A stretch of 64,000 bases of DNA from IMG/VR virus record IMGVR_UViG_3300034355_000809. One strand, written 5' to 3'. Origin of the DNA: a virus. Made by a program: the position numbers and the translations under genes. The notes under the pieces are model-generated. The model saw only the letters and a list, made by a program, of their open reading frames with translations, was not told the origin of the DNA and searched no databases. Below are positions 18,694-29,754 of this stretch, in pieces. The first letter of the stretch is position 1, and the number at the start of each line of letters is the position of its first letter.

Positions 18694-18909
18694 ATGGTAG
18701 CTAGTTTAAATCCACGTGCAATAGCTTCACGAGTTATGTCAATGCCAGTTTCTGGTAGATCAAGTGGAGCAATGGCATTTGCTAAGAAGCATAAAAAGAA
18801 AATGATGATGGGCGCTGGAGCAATTGGAGTAGGCAGAGCCACTATTGGTGGACGTAGATCTGGCTTGGATAAAACTCCTGGCAGACCAACAGGCATGTAC
18901 AACTACTAA
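18694..18909 (+). CDS. small basic Gly/Arg-rich protein (possible internal virion protein)
   Basis: TTACTAT motif and GAGG SD upstream. Confidence 0.65.
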   Translation: MVASLNPRAIASRVMSMPVSGRSSGAMAFAKKHKKKMMMGAGAIGVGRATIGGRRSGLDKTPGRPTGMYNY

Positions 18910-18918
18910 GGAGCCAAT

Positions 18919-19239
18919 ATGCCGGCAGGAATAGGTAGAAAATATATAGGCGACATGTTCGCAGCTATAGGTAGCCGAACAAAAGCTGGAAAAGCTATAT
19001 CATCAGGCGCACGTGCAATGGCAGCTACAGCACCAGCTGGAATGGTAACACCAGCTGCCATGAGTGCATATTTGCGACCTGGTCACATAAAAGCCGGCAA
19101 AAGAATGACTGCTTATGGAGTATTGGGTGCCTCAGGCATGAACATGGCTTACAGCAATAGAAGAGGCAATTCATATAGACCACCATCGCAGCCAATTAAC
19201 CCGATATCGTCACCACAAGGCTCTGGAAGATACGCATAA
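18919..19239 (+). CDS. basic Ala/Gly-rich protein (possible internal virion protein)
   Basis: AAGGAG SD; composition like the neighbouring gene. Confidence 0.65.
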   Translation: MPAGIGRKYIGDMFAAIGSRTKAGKAISSGARAMAATAPAGMVTPAAMSAYLRPGHIKAGKRMTAYGVLGASGMNMAYSNRRGNSYRPPSQPINPISSPQGSGRYA

Positions 19240-19257
19240 TACGCTATCATTGATGAT

Positions 19258-19671
19258 ATGAATAATTGGAAAATGTACATAAATGAAAATGATGATTTTG
19301 AGCTACCTAATTTTCTTTATAGAACCATAATGGAGTTGATGAAGCAATCATTAGATATGGGAACTCTTTTATCGAGTGATCAACAAAAACTAAGAGCCTA
19401 TAAAGAGCAAACTAAAAAGTTGTTTAAAAACAAATGGTATGAAATAGCCAAAGCTCTTGAAGCCTTTTCTATTATAGATCCTTGTATATGTTCAATGGAA
19501 GAAAAAGAAATTTATTGCGATTTATGCAAAGGTGCAAGGTATCTTATTAATTCTTCTTTAACTCCAGATGAAATGAGAGAAGTAGGATTGATAACCAACG
19601 CAGGAACCAATGCTGAAATTATAAGTAAGCTGCAAAAAAGTTTAAATGAAATATTGTCAGAATACCCTTAG
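19258..19671 (+). CDS. hypothetical protein with CxC...CxxC motif
   Basis: PCIC...YCDLCKG. Confidence 0.7.
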   Translation: MNNWKMYINENDDFELPNFLYRTIMELMKQSLDMGTLLSSDQQKLRAYKEQTKKLFKNKWYEIAKALEAFSIIDPCICSMEEKEIYCDLCKGARYLINSSLTPDEMREVGLITNAGTNAEIISKLQKSLNEILSEYP

Positions 19672-19682
19672 ATCGGTGAAAA

Positions 19683-20402
19683 ATGTCAGAATTAGAAAAG
19701 CCAGATAATAAGAATAATTTCATGAAACAATTTGAGTCTTTGAGACCAGACTTGTTTTTTCCAGATCATTGGACTGATGATCAAAAAGAAAAAGCAGTAG
19801 ATTTAATTAGGCCGCAAAAAACTAGAAGTGCAATGTTTTCGTCTATACCAATGAACTGCGAAGCTGAAAAATGCATCTTTGCTTCAACATGCCCATTAAT
19901 GAAAGAAAACCTTGCTCCCAAAAACAAACCATGCCCAATTGAAATGTCAATGGTTGCCCAATTCACCGCAGAGTATTTAGAACAACTAGATGTTAATCCA
20001 AATAACTTAGTAGAAGTTTCAATGGTTAGAGATTTAGTAGATCAAGAAGTTCAATATCTGCGCAAAACAAAACTACTTGCAAAAGAGCATTTTATTCAAG
20101 AAAATATAATTGGAATTGACAGAGATGGTCAACCAATTCTTAAGAAGGAATTGCATTTAGCTGTTGAGTTAGAAGATAAGCTTCACAAGAGAAGAAAAGA
20201 TTTAAGAAACCAACTATTAGCCACCAGAGAAGCTAAGGCTAAAGTTGGACAAGTTCAACTTGATACAGCTCAAGCAATTTCTGACATTATAGGAAGAGTG
20301 CAAGCGGTAGAAAGCCAAAGAGAAAAACTATTAAGAAAAAAACTAGGTACATCAGAATTAGATGATTATATCATTGACTCTGAGGTGGTTCCAGAACCAT
20401 AG
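19683..20402 (+). CDS. Cys-motif helical protein, candidate terminase small subunit
   Basis: CEAEKCIFASTCPL...PCPIE plus helical C-terminus; function inferred from position only. Confidence 0.5.
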   Translation: MSELEKPDNKNNFMKQFESLRPDLFFPDHWTDDQKEKAVDLIRPQKTRSAMFSSIPMNCEAEKCIFASTCPLMKENLAPKNKPCPIEMSMVAQFTAEYLEQLDVNPNNLVEVSMVRDLVDQEVQYLRKTKLLAKEHFIQENIIGIDRDGQPILKKELHLAVELEDKLHKRRKDLRNQLLATREAKAKVGQVQLDTAQAISDIIGRVQAVESQREKLLRKKLGTSELDDYIIDSEVVPEP

Positions 20403-20410
20403 GATAAACC

Positions 20411-23400
20411 ATGCCAAGAAAAAAAACTAAAGCTCAATTAGCAAAAGAAGCTGCAGACAGGAAAAACCTGTATGGTTACAAGGGCTTAAGTGTAGGAACA
20501 ATTGCGAGCCCAAGAATATATACTGGTGATAGAACAAAGCCAGGTCCATTTAGTGATTTGTACAGTATGTACGAAAATCTTGGAGAAGAAATTTTTGGTC
20601 CCCCTACTAGTAGAGACAGATTATCTCAAGCTATTGCGCAAAATATTGAATCGCCAATAAGAGCTTCGTCACCTGCTTATAGATCTGTTTATGGTACAGT
20701 AGAGGACCAATTAAGTTCTTATAGAGCTTTTGAGGCAGACTACAGACTTGCATTGAGAACAGAATTAGATCAAGGAGTAGCTCTCAGTGCAGGTAGAATA
20801 AAACAGATTGAAGCAGGGCTTTCAGAATATGCACCAATAGATCTTAGCTTAATTTCAAGCCTACAAGCAAGAAGTCAGCTAAGAGAAATTTTTAATACTA
20901 GAGTAATAAAAACAAAACCTTTAATAGAAAACCTTGGTCTTCCCGGTTTATATACTCCATCTGGAAACCCAGGAAGATTAACATCAAGATATATGGCATC
21001 TACTGCAGATGGATATGAACCAATAATAGACATTCTCCAAGGTGCTACTTTTTCAATTGATCCAAATGCAACAACATTATCAAACATTTCACCACAAGCT
21101 TCTTTTAGAATGGGAATGCAATCTCTCCCACCTTCTATATCATTGACGCAAAGAGTTGCTAGAGGTGGAAGACTATCGCTATCAGATTTGCCAGATGACG
21201 CAATTCTTCATTCGTTAGACATTGAAGCAGAAGACGTAACACCAGACGCTTTAATGAGATCTGTTTCAGCAGGAACTAGTAGATTAAGTAAATATTCCGA
21301 TGGTTCTGTAAAAATTAGAAAAGTGGGTGGAATTGAAAATCAAGAATTAGGCGCAGCATTAATTACGCCAAGAATGAAAGGGCTACCATCAACTGACCCT
21401 GCAGATCTAAACAGAGTAATGGATTTTTCAAGCGCAACTGCCATAAGAGAAGGTTTAGTTGGCCTACCTGGAACAGATAAAAAATTTGACATAACAACTA
21501 AAGTTGGAAGAGTACAGGCAGCAGATCACTTTAGAGGGATGTTAAGAACATTTAATCAATCAGGACATTACTTGGTTACAACATTTGGAGAAAGTTATGA
21601 CATACCAAAAATGGCTCAAACTTTTAGAACAATGGAAGAATTTGCAGCAGAAGGAGGAGAAGAACTTCTAAAAGAATTTGAAAGAAAAATGGCTAGTGGT
21701 GGAATGATAGACACTCTAGGTTTAGTTAAAGAAAGATTAAACAATAGAATAGTTGATCGTTTATCAGCAGCAACAACAACAACTGAACAAAAAGCATTAC
21801 TTGCGTTTCAAGGACTACTTTCTCCATCTGCCATGCATAGAACAAGGGTGGCTGGTGAAGCAGTTTCTCCATTTGGTTTAGGAAACCTAATTCAATCAAC
21901 TAATTTTTTGCAACTGTTAGCTGAAAAAGGTGATTCTGAGTTAATAGAAACATTAGCCACAAGCCAAGGCGCACACATAGCAAGTGTTGACAAAGATATA
22001 TCACTAAAAGTACTTGAATATTTAGAAGAGTTGGATATAGCAGATCCAATAAGTGGCTTAGACCTAAGTGGTCTTGCGCCAGAGATGCAAAGATTAATTG
22101 TAAGAGCCCAAAGAAGACAGCGTGGATCAAGTGCAGTTACAGTAACTACAAATATAGCCGACGTAAGAACATTAACAAATTCTGTATTTGATAACTTAAC
22201 ACAAACTGGTGCAATTAAAAGAGTTCAAATTGACATAGATGCTGCAGCAAAAGAGGGGATTGATCCAGCGCTAAGTGGATTAACTGGAACTATAAAGTTT
22301 GATCCTAGCTCAAGATCGTTTAGACTATATTCTGGACCAGAAGCTACGCCTTCAGCTTTACCTTCTGGTTTTAATGCAGAAGAATACATAAGAAGAACTT
22401 TAAAAGATGAAAGAAGGCTTAGGATTGGCCAACGTCTTGGAGATAATCAATCAATGGTTATATCAACAGGAATAAATCCTATAGATGCTGGGAATATTCA
22501 ATCTATCAACACTTTAGTCACAGATGCTGCAACAAGCAGATCCAGACCTTTAATCGATGCTGTAACACCACAAATAAATGATACCAATGAAGCTCAATTC
22601 ATATCGGGAATGTCATCAACTAAAACAAATATAGGTTACCCTTATATGTCAAATACTGAAGGAGTATCTTCATCTATAACTGGTTTAATGAGAGATCAAC
22701 TTACTGGAGTAGATTTGAATGCTGCGAATAGCTATATGAAATCATTGAGAGATGCAGGAGTTGGATCCATTGGAATTAATCCTGAAGTTAGATCATTAAT
22801 GGTTGGTTTATCAGAAATGACTGCTAGCCAAGGTGCAAGAAATAGAACGTTAATTGCCTCTGCCTTAGGGGTAGCTCGAGAAGATACTAGAGTAAGTGTT
22901 TTATCTGAAAGACTTTCTGACACTATGAAATATTTTAGTGAATTAGGAATATTTCATGCTGGTACACAAAAAGAATTAGTTACCACAGACAGCGTTCTAT
23001 TGCTTCCAACATCTGTATTAAAAGATATGACAACATATACTTCTTCTGGAAAAAAAGTTAAATTATTAGATCCAGAAGCATTAAAATTAAAATCTCACTC
23101 AGTAAGGTTGTCAAGAGCTACTAGGGCGAAAGAAGAATTAGAAACAGTAAACTTTATTATGGGTGGAGAAATAGCTAGAGGTACTGGTCCTTTAGCTCAA
23201 AAACAAGCAAGAGAAGAGGCCACATCAGCATATCAAGCAATACACACCATGCTTCAAGCTGGAGGCAATACGCCTAAAGCAGCAATTGACGTAGGTCTTG
23301 CAATAGGTGATGAACAAGCACTTTCTGTATTCGGAGAATTTCGTGGAGCACCCGGTACAGATGCGGCAAAAGCAAAAATAGAATCTATGACACAAACTAT

Positions 23401-24115
23401 AATTAGGCATGGATTTGGCGGCGCTGCTGCAGAGCCAGGAGAAGCATCTCGAGGAATAGCTCAACTATTATCAGTAGCCGGAGAAGGTGCTGACGCAGAC
23501 ACAATAGCTTCAGGAAAAGGTGTTGCATATAGCATCGCTAATGTTTCAGAAGAAGGTGTAACATTAGTGCCAAGAGTTTCAGAAGCAGCCCTAAGAGAAG
23601 CAGATAGAGTTAGAAGAACTCCTGGAATAGCATCAGATGCACTTGAAGCCGCTACAGATATAAAAACAAGAGCTTCTGCAACCTCACAGCTTGGCATGCT
23701 TCAAGCCGGCATTAGAAGAGCAGATCAAAGTCAGGGATTTCTAGATAGATTAAAAACATCTTATGAGTCAAGTTCAAGTGCAACCAACACAGATTTGCTA
23801 AATAGATTAAAGGTAATTAAACCTAGAGTTTATAAATCAGTTGGAGCTGTGGCTGCGCTAAGTGCGGGTTACTATTTAGCTAGAAGGAAAGCTAAATCAG
23901 ATCCAATAGATGAAGTTATGGAACAGCAGCCATTGGAACAAGATGGTCCAATGTCAATAAGTGACTTCAATAGAGCAGATCAAGCCTTAGCACGTCAAAC
24001 TTCTTCAAGAAGAGATCCACTAGTTACAGCTGGAGTTGTAGGGAATTTAGATAGAAACAAAATAGGCCATACCCAAATGGGCGCAAATAAATATAATCAC
24101 TTATACGGAGCATAG
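20411..24115 (+). CDS. large protein with a DEDDh-like exonuclease motif set, probable virion/ejected protein
   Basis: LDIEAED, SYDIPK, AHIASVD; short hydrophobic segment near the C-terminus. Confidence 0.6.
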   Translation: MPRKKTKAQLAKEAADRKNLYGYKGLSVGTIASPRIYTGDRTKPGPFSDLYSMYENLGEEIFGPPTSRDRLSQAIAQNIESPIRASSPAYRSVYGTVEDQLSSYRAFEADYRLALRTELDQGVALSAGRIKQIEAGLSEYAPIDLSLISSLQARSQLREIFNTRVIKTKPLIENLGLPGLYTPSGNPGRLTSRYMASTADGYEPIIDILQGATFSIDPNATTLSNISPQASFRMGMQSLPPSISLTQRVARGGRLSLSDLPDDAILHSLDIEAEDVTPDALMRSVSAGTSRLSKYSDGSVKIRKVGGIENQELGAALITPRMKGLPSTDPADLNRVMDFSSATAIREGLVGLPGTDKKFDITTKVGRVQAADHFRGMLRTFNQSGHYLVTTFGESYDIPKMAQTFRTMEEFAAEGGEELLKEFERKMASGGMIDTLGLVKERLNNRIVDRLSAATTTTEQKALLAFQGLLSPSAMHRTRVAGEAVSPFGLGNLIQSTNFLQLLAEKGDSELIETLATSQGAHIASVDKDISLKVLEYLEELDIADPISGLDLSGLAPEMQRLIVRAQRRQRGSSAVTVTTNIADVRTLTNSVFDNLTQTGAIKRVQIDIDAAAKEGIDPALSGLTGTIKFDPSSRSFRLYSGPEATPSALPSGFNAEEYIRRTLKDERRLRIGQRLGDNQSMVISTGINPIDAGNIQSINTLVTDAATSRSRPLIDAVTPQINDTNEAQFISGMSSTKTNIGYPYMSNTEGVSSSITGLMRDQLTGVDLNAANSYMKSLRDAGVGSIGINPEVRSLMVGLSEMTASQGARNRTLIASALGVAREDTRVSVLSERLSDTMKYFSELGIFHAGTQKELVTTDSVLLLPTSVLKDMTTYTSSGKKVKLLDPEALKLKSHSVRLSRATRAKEELETVNFIMGGEIARGTGPLAQKQAREEATSAYQAIHTMLQAGGNTPKAAIDVGLAIGDEQALSVFGEFRGAPGTDAAKAKIESMTQTIIRHGFGGAAAEPGEASRGIAQLLSVAGEGADADTIASGKGVAYSIANVSEEGVTLVPRVSEAALREADRVRRTPGIASDALEAATDIKTRASATSQLGMLQAGIRRADQSQGFLDRLKTSYESSSSATNTDLLNRLKVIKPRVYKSVGAVAALSAGYYLARRKAKSDPIDEVMEQQPLEQDGPMSISDFNRADQALARQTSSRRDPLVTAGVVGNLDRNKIGHTQMGANKYNHLYGA

Positions 24116-24117
24116 AT

Positions 24118-24732
24118 ATGTCAATTCTTAATCGAGCAGGAAGATTAGTAAGTCAAGCCTCTGGATTTAGTGGTATGGGCACAGCTGGAAAAGTTGGCGT
24201 AGGCGCTCTATTGGCTGGCATGGGAATAAAAGGAATGTATGATCAAGTAGCTCCAGCTGCAATAGATGCAAGCATGGATGTTGCTTTTGGTGATCCACAA
24301 GCAGACCAAAAAGTAATAGGAACTGATCTAACTCCCTCAATGATGTATGGTGCGTCAGGATTGCCAGGATCAACTGCCGCAAGAAGACTGTTTCCATCTA
24401 ATGCTATAAGACATGGCGTAAATGTTGGAGGACGAGGAGCATTAATTGGAGCACCAATGGTAGGTGCAGGTATTGGTGGTTTTGGTGCAGCTTTGCTTGG
24501 TAAAAAATTAGGCCTCAAGGGCAAGGGGTTAGCTGCCGCTTCTGCAGCTGGAGCATTCATTGGTGGAGGAGCAGGATTAGCCGGAGGAGTTGCTGGTCCG
24601 ATTAATACAGCAAGGGCTAACCAACAAATAATGACTCAATCACCATTTTATAATCAGTCAGCTTTAAATGCAGAAAGATTAAATGCAAGCGGAAACATAG
24701 TTTTAGGTATGCATAATCAGAGGAGGGGCTAA
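24118..24732 (+). CDS. Gly/Ala-rich membrane-type protein (possible ejection protein)
   Basis: Glycine-zipper-like hydrophobic segments. Confidence 0.65.
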   Translation: MSILNRAGRLVSQASGFSGMGTAGKVGVGALLAGMGIKGMYDQVAPAAIDASMDVAFGDPQADQKVIGTDLTPSMMYGASGLPGSTAARRLFPSNAIRHGVNVGGRGALIGAPMVGAGIGGFGAALLGKKLGLKGKGLAAASAAGAFIGGGAGLAGGVAGPINTARANQQIMTQSPFYNQSALNAERLNASGNIVLGMHNQRRG

Positions 24733-26297
24733 TGTCTGACATGGGTATGAACCCAGGTGCACAGCAGCCACCAGATGTAAGTAGTCCTTACGACTTTGCT
24801 ATGTTCACGCCTGGAATCATGCAGTCCGCCTTAATTAACTCTAGGCGCTATGGAAACACGATGCTTAGAGGTGGTTTCCACGACGTTGCTGGTGTTGGTA
24901 ATGCCCGTCAAATAGCTAGAGCTAAAAAGTTTGGTGGAGTTGTAAATGGTCGAATGTATCAACCAGGAGGTCCATCATCATTTTTAGGTGGAGCAAGTAG
25001 AAGTCCACACAATATATCACCATTTTTGTCAAGAAGAGCAGCTAGAGCATCAGCAGCTGGTAAAACAGCAAGGGTAAATCCGGGTAGAACTAACATCTTC
25101 AACACAAGAGCAGTAAATAGAATGAATAGCGTTGCCGCACTTGGTGGTGGAGATATAAAAGGAGCATATAATCCTTTTCAAACTTTTAGCGGTGGAGTAA
25201 ACTCTATTGTTGGAAAACTATCAAAAAATGAAGGCTTTAGAAAAGCAATGGGGATCGCAGATGATTTTGATCCAAAAACAGATAGAGCATTTAGTGGTGG
25301 TGTACTAGGTAGAATAGATACTCTTAACAAACTTTCTGGAATAGAAAAAACAATTGCTGTTGGTGAAGCTAGAGGAGGAACTAGCGCCTTAAGGGGTAGA
25401 GAATTAAAAAGATTCACTAGAGCTCAAGCCCAAAGAGCTAATATAGTAAGTAATATAGGCCAAGTTCAAAGCGCTGCAAATCCAGCAATGAATACAATAG
25501 TGAATGGACGAGCAGTCAACGCTGCGGCCACATCTGCAAGAGCAAATGTAAGAGCAATGGCAAGCTTGGCTCCACCTGGAATGATAACAGATGACGCTTT
25601 AAGATTAAGCGTAAGAGCAGCTGGAAGAGGCGCAGTTACAGCCGGTAATGCTGCAGCTGTAACTAATGCAGCAGCAGTAGCTGCAAATCCATCTGCTGCA
25701 GTTGCCTCCACTATGACTAGAGGAACTTTAAGCAATAGAATAACAACTGCTTATCACGGAATTCTAAATGCTGGCAATATGACCAGTGGGCAAAGAGTTG
25801 TTGCAAAAAGAGTTGCAGGAAGATTGGGCGGAAGAGCTGGAGTTGCTCAATTTATGGATGATTTTGGTACAGCAGGAAAATACGCTGGAAACTTTATTAA
25901 TAGGGGCCAAGGTGGTGCCAAGATGATGGGAATGGCAGCTCAGTACGCTAGATCTGGTGGAAGTAGAGTAGTTGCAGCAAAAATGGGAGCAATGGGCGCA
26001 GTAAGACTTGGTGGTGCAGCATTAGGTCCACTTAACGTGTTATCGACTGGCCAATTGATGTATGATATAGGTAAGGGTATTGGTAAAATGGCAGTTGGTG
26101 GAATAAACTTTGCTAAAGATGCCATGAAGTCAATGCAAGGAACTATTAATAAACCAATGTTTGGTACAGGATTTAAAGACAACGAAGTAGCAGCAACTTC
26201 AAGAGCTAGAGGTGTTATGGCAATTCAAAATTCAAGACTTAATGCACGAAGCTTACTTGGATCAGAAGCTAGTATGATGGCAGCCCATTTTGGATAA
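24732..26297 (+). CDS. basic Ala/Gly/Arg-rich protein (possible internal virion protein)
   Basis: 521-aa ORF coupled to its neighbours, directly upstream of the terminase. Confidence 0.65.
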   Translation: MSDMGMNPGAQQPPDVSSPYDFAMFTPGIMQSALINSRRYGNTMLRGGFHDVAGVGNARQIARAKKFGGVVNGRMYQPGGPSSFLGGASRSPHNISPFLSRRAARASAAGKTARVNPGRTNIFNTRAVNRMNSVAALGGGDIKGAYNPFQTFSGGVNSIVGKLSKNEGFRKAMGIADDFDPKTDRAFSGGVLGRIDTLNKLSGIEKTIAVGEARGGTSALRGRELKRFTRAQAQRANIVSNIGQVQSAANPAMNTIVNGRAVNAAATSARANVRAMASLAPPGMITDDALRLSVRAAGRGAVTAGNAAAVTNAAAVAANPSAAVASTMTRGTLSNRITTAYHGILNAGNMTSGQRVVAKRVAGRLGGRAGVAQFMDDFGTAGKYAGNFINRGQGGAKMMGMAAQYARSGGSRVVAAKMGAMGAVRLGGAALGPLNVLSTGQLMYDIGKGIGKMAVGGINFAKDAMKSMQGTINKPMFGTGFKDNEVAATSRARGVMAIQNSRLNARSLLGSEASMMAAHFG

Positions 26298-26300
26298 CCT

Positions 26301-28178
26301 ATGAACTCCTTGCAAAGTAAAACGATAGCATTTAGAAAGTCATTAGAAAAACTTTCTAGAGAAGATTTAATTGAAATTATTAAAGACCAAGATGTTGAAA
26401 CATTCAAACAAATAAATAGAATTGAATGGGTATTTAAAAATAAATTAAATCATCTTAATTGGGCTAGCGGTGAACCAATTATGGAAAGACCATTAACAAA
26501 TAGAGAACTAGCACTTTTGGTTGATGAGCCATTTGAATTAGATCTTGAATTAATGGATTTAGGAATTTCAGCTGAACAACAAAGGCAAATACACATAGCT
26601 AAAGATCCTTGTGTTTGGGCTAGACAATTTCTTGAAGCAGAGACTAGGGTCTATCAAACTCTAATTCTTCGTGACCCATCAGTAAGAAAAGTTCTTAGAG
26701 CTGGTCGTCGTCTTGGTAAAACTTTTAGTATGGCTATTGCACTTATCCACTATAGCTATACGCACAAGGACGGAAGATGTCTTGTTATTGCGCCAATGAA
26801 ATCACACGTCGAATTAATCTATCAAGAAATTTTAAGACTTGCTTCTAAGAATGAAATTGTTACAAACTCAATAACAAGAAAAGTAACAAGCCCTCAATTC
26901 ATGATTCAATTCAGTAATGGTTCAACCATTAGATTCTTTACATCAGGTATGCGCTCAGGTGGTAAATCAGACGTAGCTCGTGGTCAGGAAGCACATATGA
27001 TTGTGTTAGACGAAATGGACTACATGCATGCGGACGACCTGGATGCACTTTATGCAATGCTGCAAAAAACAGCAGAAGACCAACCTGATAAAGTTTTGAT
27101 CGGTGCCTCTACTCCAACTGGTAGAAGAGAAAGATTTTGGGAATGGTGCAGAAGCGAAAGATTTAAAGAATTTTGGTTTCCATCGTATTGCAACCCATAT
27201 TTTTCTAAAGATCAAGAAGATGAATTTAGAGAACAATATTCAGAAATTGGATATAGGCACGAAATTGAAGCTGACTGGGGCGAAGACGCAGAAGGCGTCT
27301 ATCCTAGAAAATATGTTGACAAAGCATTTATGGAACCAGGTTGGGACTATCACCCTGAACTTACTTCAGCAAGAAGCTTTCACACAATAGGTGTTGACTG
27401 GGATAAGTATGGAGCCGGAACTAATATAGTTGTTTTAGAAGCATGTTCTGATTCTTATGAAGAAGAAAGATTTAGAAACAAAGTAAAAATTTGCTATAGA
27501 GAAGAAATACCTAGATCAGAATATACTTTGACTAAAGCTGTATCTAGAATAGTTGAACTTAATAACATCTTTAAACCAAAACATATTTATGTTGACAGAG
27601 GCTATGGAGAAGTCCAGGTCGAACTTCTGCATAAGTACGGTGTGGAAAATCCTGTGAGTGGATTGAAGGAAAGAGTTAAAGGCGTCAGCTTTAGTGAAAC
27701 TATAGATGTTAAAGACCCATATACAAAACAAAATGTTAAAAAAGAAATCAAACCGTACATGGTCGATAATCTTAGACAATATCTAGAAAAAGAAGTTTTA
27801 GCTATTTCTGAAAGAGACGCAGAAATATACATGCAATTGATTTCCTACGTTGTTGTAAGAACTACCCAAACTGGAAGACCTGTGTTTGAGGCCGGCGGCT
27901 CAGCAGTGGATCACGCACACGATGCTTTAATACTGGCACTTTTGGCTATTACGGAAAATTATAGTGACCTACACAAAGCGCGTTTTGCTTCAAGAACAGA
28001 ATCATTTTCTAACACATTTTTTATGCCAAAGCCAGTAAATGATAATGATGACGATAAAGATGATAAAATAGGAACTGGTTTAACTGGAAGAGCAGATAAA
28101 CTTATGCCATCAAAATTTGGTTATAAAAAATCTTTTGGTGGCAGATCTAATTCAAAGATTAAAAGAAAGACATTCTAA
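26301..28178 (+). CDS. terL: terminase large subunit
   Basis: Walker A LRAGRRLGKT, Walker B IVLDEMD, motif III ASTP, nuclease IGVDW and DHAHDAL. Confidence 0.95.
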   Translation: MNSLQSKTIAFRKSLEKLSREDLIEIIKDQDVETFKQINRIEWVFKNKLNHLNWASGEPIMERPLTNRELALLVDEPFELDLELMDLGISAEQQRQIHIAKDPCVWARQFLEAETRVYQTLILRDPSVRKVLRAGRRLGKTFSMAIALIHYSYTHKDGRCLVIAPMKSHVELIYQEILRLASKNEIVTNSITRKVTSPQFMIQFSNGSTIRFFTSGMRSGGKSDVARGQEAHMIVLDEMDYMHADDLDALYAMLQKTAEDQPDKVLIGASTPTGRRERFWEWCRSERFKEFWFPSYCNPYFSKDQEDEFREQYSEIGYRHEIEADWGEDAEGVYPRKYVDKAFMEPGWDYHPELTSARSFHTIGVDWDKYGAGTNIVVLEACSDSYEEERFRNKVKICYREEIPRSEYTLTKAVSRIVELNNIFKPKHIYVDRGYGEVQVELLHKYGVENPVSGLKERVKGVSFSETIDVKDPYTKQNVKKEIKPYMVDNLRQYLEKEVLAISERDAEIYMQLISYVVVRTTQTGRPVFEAGGSAVDHAHDALILALLAITENYSDLHKARFASRTESFSNTFFMPKPVNDNDDDKDDKIGTGLTGRADKLMPSKFGYKKSFGGRSNSKIKRKTF

Positions 28179-29752
28179 TGGCACAATATGGTTTAGGACA
28201 AAGTAATCCTGTAGAGGATGTATTTTCCGATACAGCAAACGAGTCATCAAGTCTTCTTTCGCTTGGAACTAGAAATTCTATAAATAGCATGTATGGGAAT
28301 AATAGTCCAGACACAAGGTATATAACAACCTTGTCTCATCCGGCAATTACAGAAGTAAGAAATAATGTTTATTACTGTGAGTCTGTGATTACCCAGTTGT
28401 TAAAAGAAATAGAATCAAACCTAGACCAAGTAAATATCAATGCCTATTGCAATATTGATTTAGAGAATTCACATAAGGCCGTGTGGCAAGATGCTCTAAA
28501 GCATAACGAAAAAGCCAGCCTACTCTCTTTTCCAAATTTTATTCCATATACAGAATATCAATATGCATCTAAGCACCTCTGTAGATCATGTAGAGAACTA
28601 ATTAAGCAATATGATCTAACAATAAATTACACATCTTTTGGTCATTTGGCGGAAACTAAAAAAGTATTGTCATATTTAAGAAACGAAATATTAACAATTA
28701 AGAATATAGTTACACATCAATTTGGGGAGGAATATAGGGATGAAACAGAAGGCGAAATTGCAAGGCACTTATCCGATTGGGCAAAAACAGCACTCCACTA
28801 TACGAAACAGCTTGCCAAGGAAATCACAGACCCGCCCACATCAATTCCCCAATCCGAACTGGATCAAATCTCTAAAAAACAAGCAGCCCAATTCCAAGCT
28901 TTTTTTTCGATCAAAATAAACTCGTATATATCAGAAATACAATCTTTATCTAATGGCCTAAAAAGAGATACAGTAGATACCTGTGGCGTGTTTTACTCTA
29001 ACTACTTATTGCCAGCTCTTAGCTTTAAGTCAAAGGTTGTAGAACCATTAATGTTAGACTTCACAACAACAGCTATAGCAAATGAGTGTCCAACTTTACT
29101 TGGCGAAATAATTGTAGCAAGAAATTCTATAACAGGAAACTTAGGCTCTGTTACTTCTGACTATGTCGAAAGAAGAGCACAAATGAGCAAAAAGCTAGAT
29201 GCTCTTTCCCAAATGATAAGACTTAAGAGAAGGTATGTAAACTACATAACCCAGTTAGAATCTTTGGCCGCACAAAGAATAAAGGTTCTTATTACTGTAG
29301 AAACAGAAGAATTAGAAAAGTATAAACAAATATTCTTTGACATTCCTATTGATTCAGAGAAGAGAATGGGCCTAAGATCATCGCACGGTGACCTAGATGA
29401 TTTAGAGGGAGATGCTCATCCGCAGTACCTAAGAAGAGATGGTGGGATAATCACTGGAGATATTGATGTAGCCGAAGGTGTAAAAATTGGTGGCATAATA
29501 GTATCTAATCACTCACATTCTGGTATTGATGGATCAATGCCAATTAGCGCATCTGTAATAGATTACTCTTCTGCTAGAGACGCATACTATAATGCAGCTT
29601 TAACTAGCCCTTATAGCAATCTAACTTTAACCAATTTAACTCAAAGTGTTTTAACTGGTGGCGGCATAGTATTTGACGCAACTTTTGAAGTAGAAATAGA
29701 AGATGATAAATTAAACTCATATGAGTTTGAAATATTGTATAATGAGGTATAA
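28178..29752 (+). CDS. putative virion structural protein
   Basis: C-terminal HGDLDDL..DAHPQYL and HSH motifs typical of tail/fibre proteins. Confidence 0.6.
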   Translation: MAQYGLGQSNPVEDVFSDTANESSSLLSLGTRNSINSMYGNNSPDTRYITTLSHPAITEVRNNVYYCESVITQLLKEIESNLDQVNINAYCNIDLENSHKAVWQDALKHNEKASLLSFPNFIPYTEYQYASKHLCRSCRELIKQYDLTINYTSFGHLAETKKVLSYLRNEILTIKNIVTHQFGEEYRDETEGEIARHLSDWAKTALHYTKQLAKEITDPPTSIPQSELDQISKKQAAQFQAFFSIKINSYISEIQSLSNGLKRDTVDTCGVFYSNYLLPALSFKSKVVEPLMLDFTTTAIANECPTLLGEIIVARNSITGNLGSVTSDYVERRAQMSKKLDALSQMIRLKRRYVNYITQLESLAAQRIKVLITVETEELEKYKQIFFDIPIDSEKRMGLRSSHGDLDDLEGDAHPQYLRRDGGIITGDIDVAEGVKIGGIIVSNHSHSGIDGSMPISASVIDYSSARDAYYNAALTSPYSNLTLTNLTQSVLTGGGIVFDATFEVEIEDDKLNSYEFEILYNEV

Positions 29753-29754
29753 AT

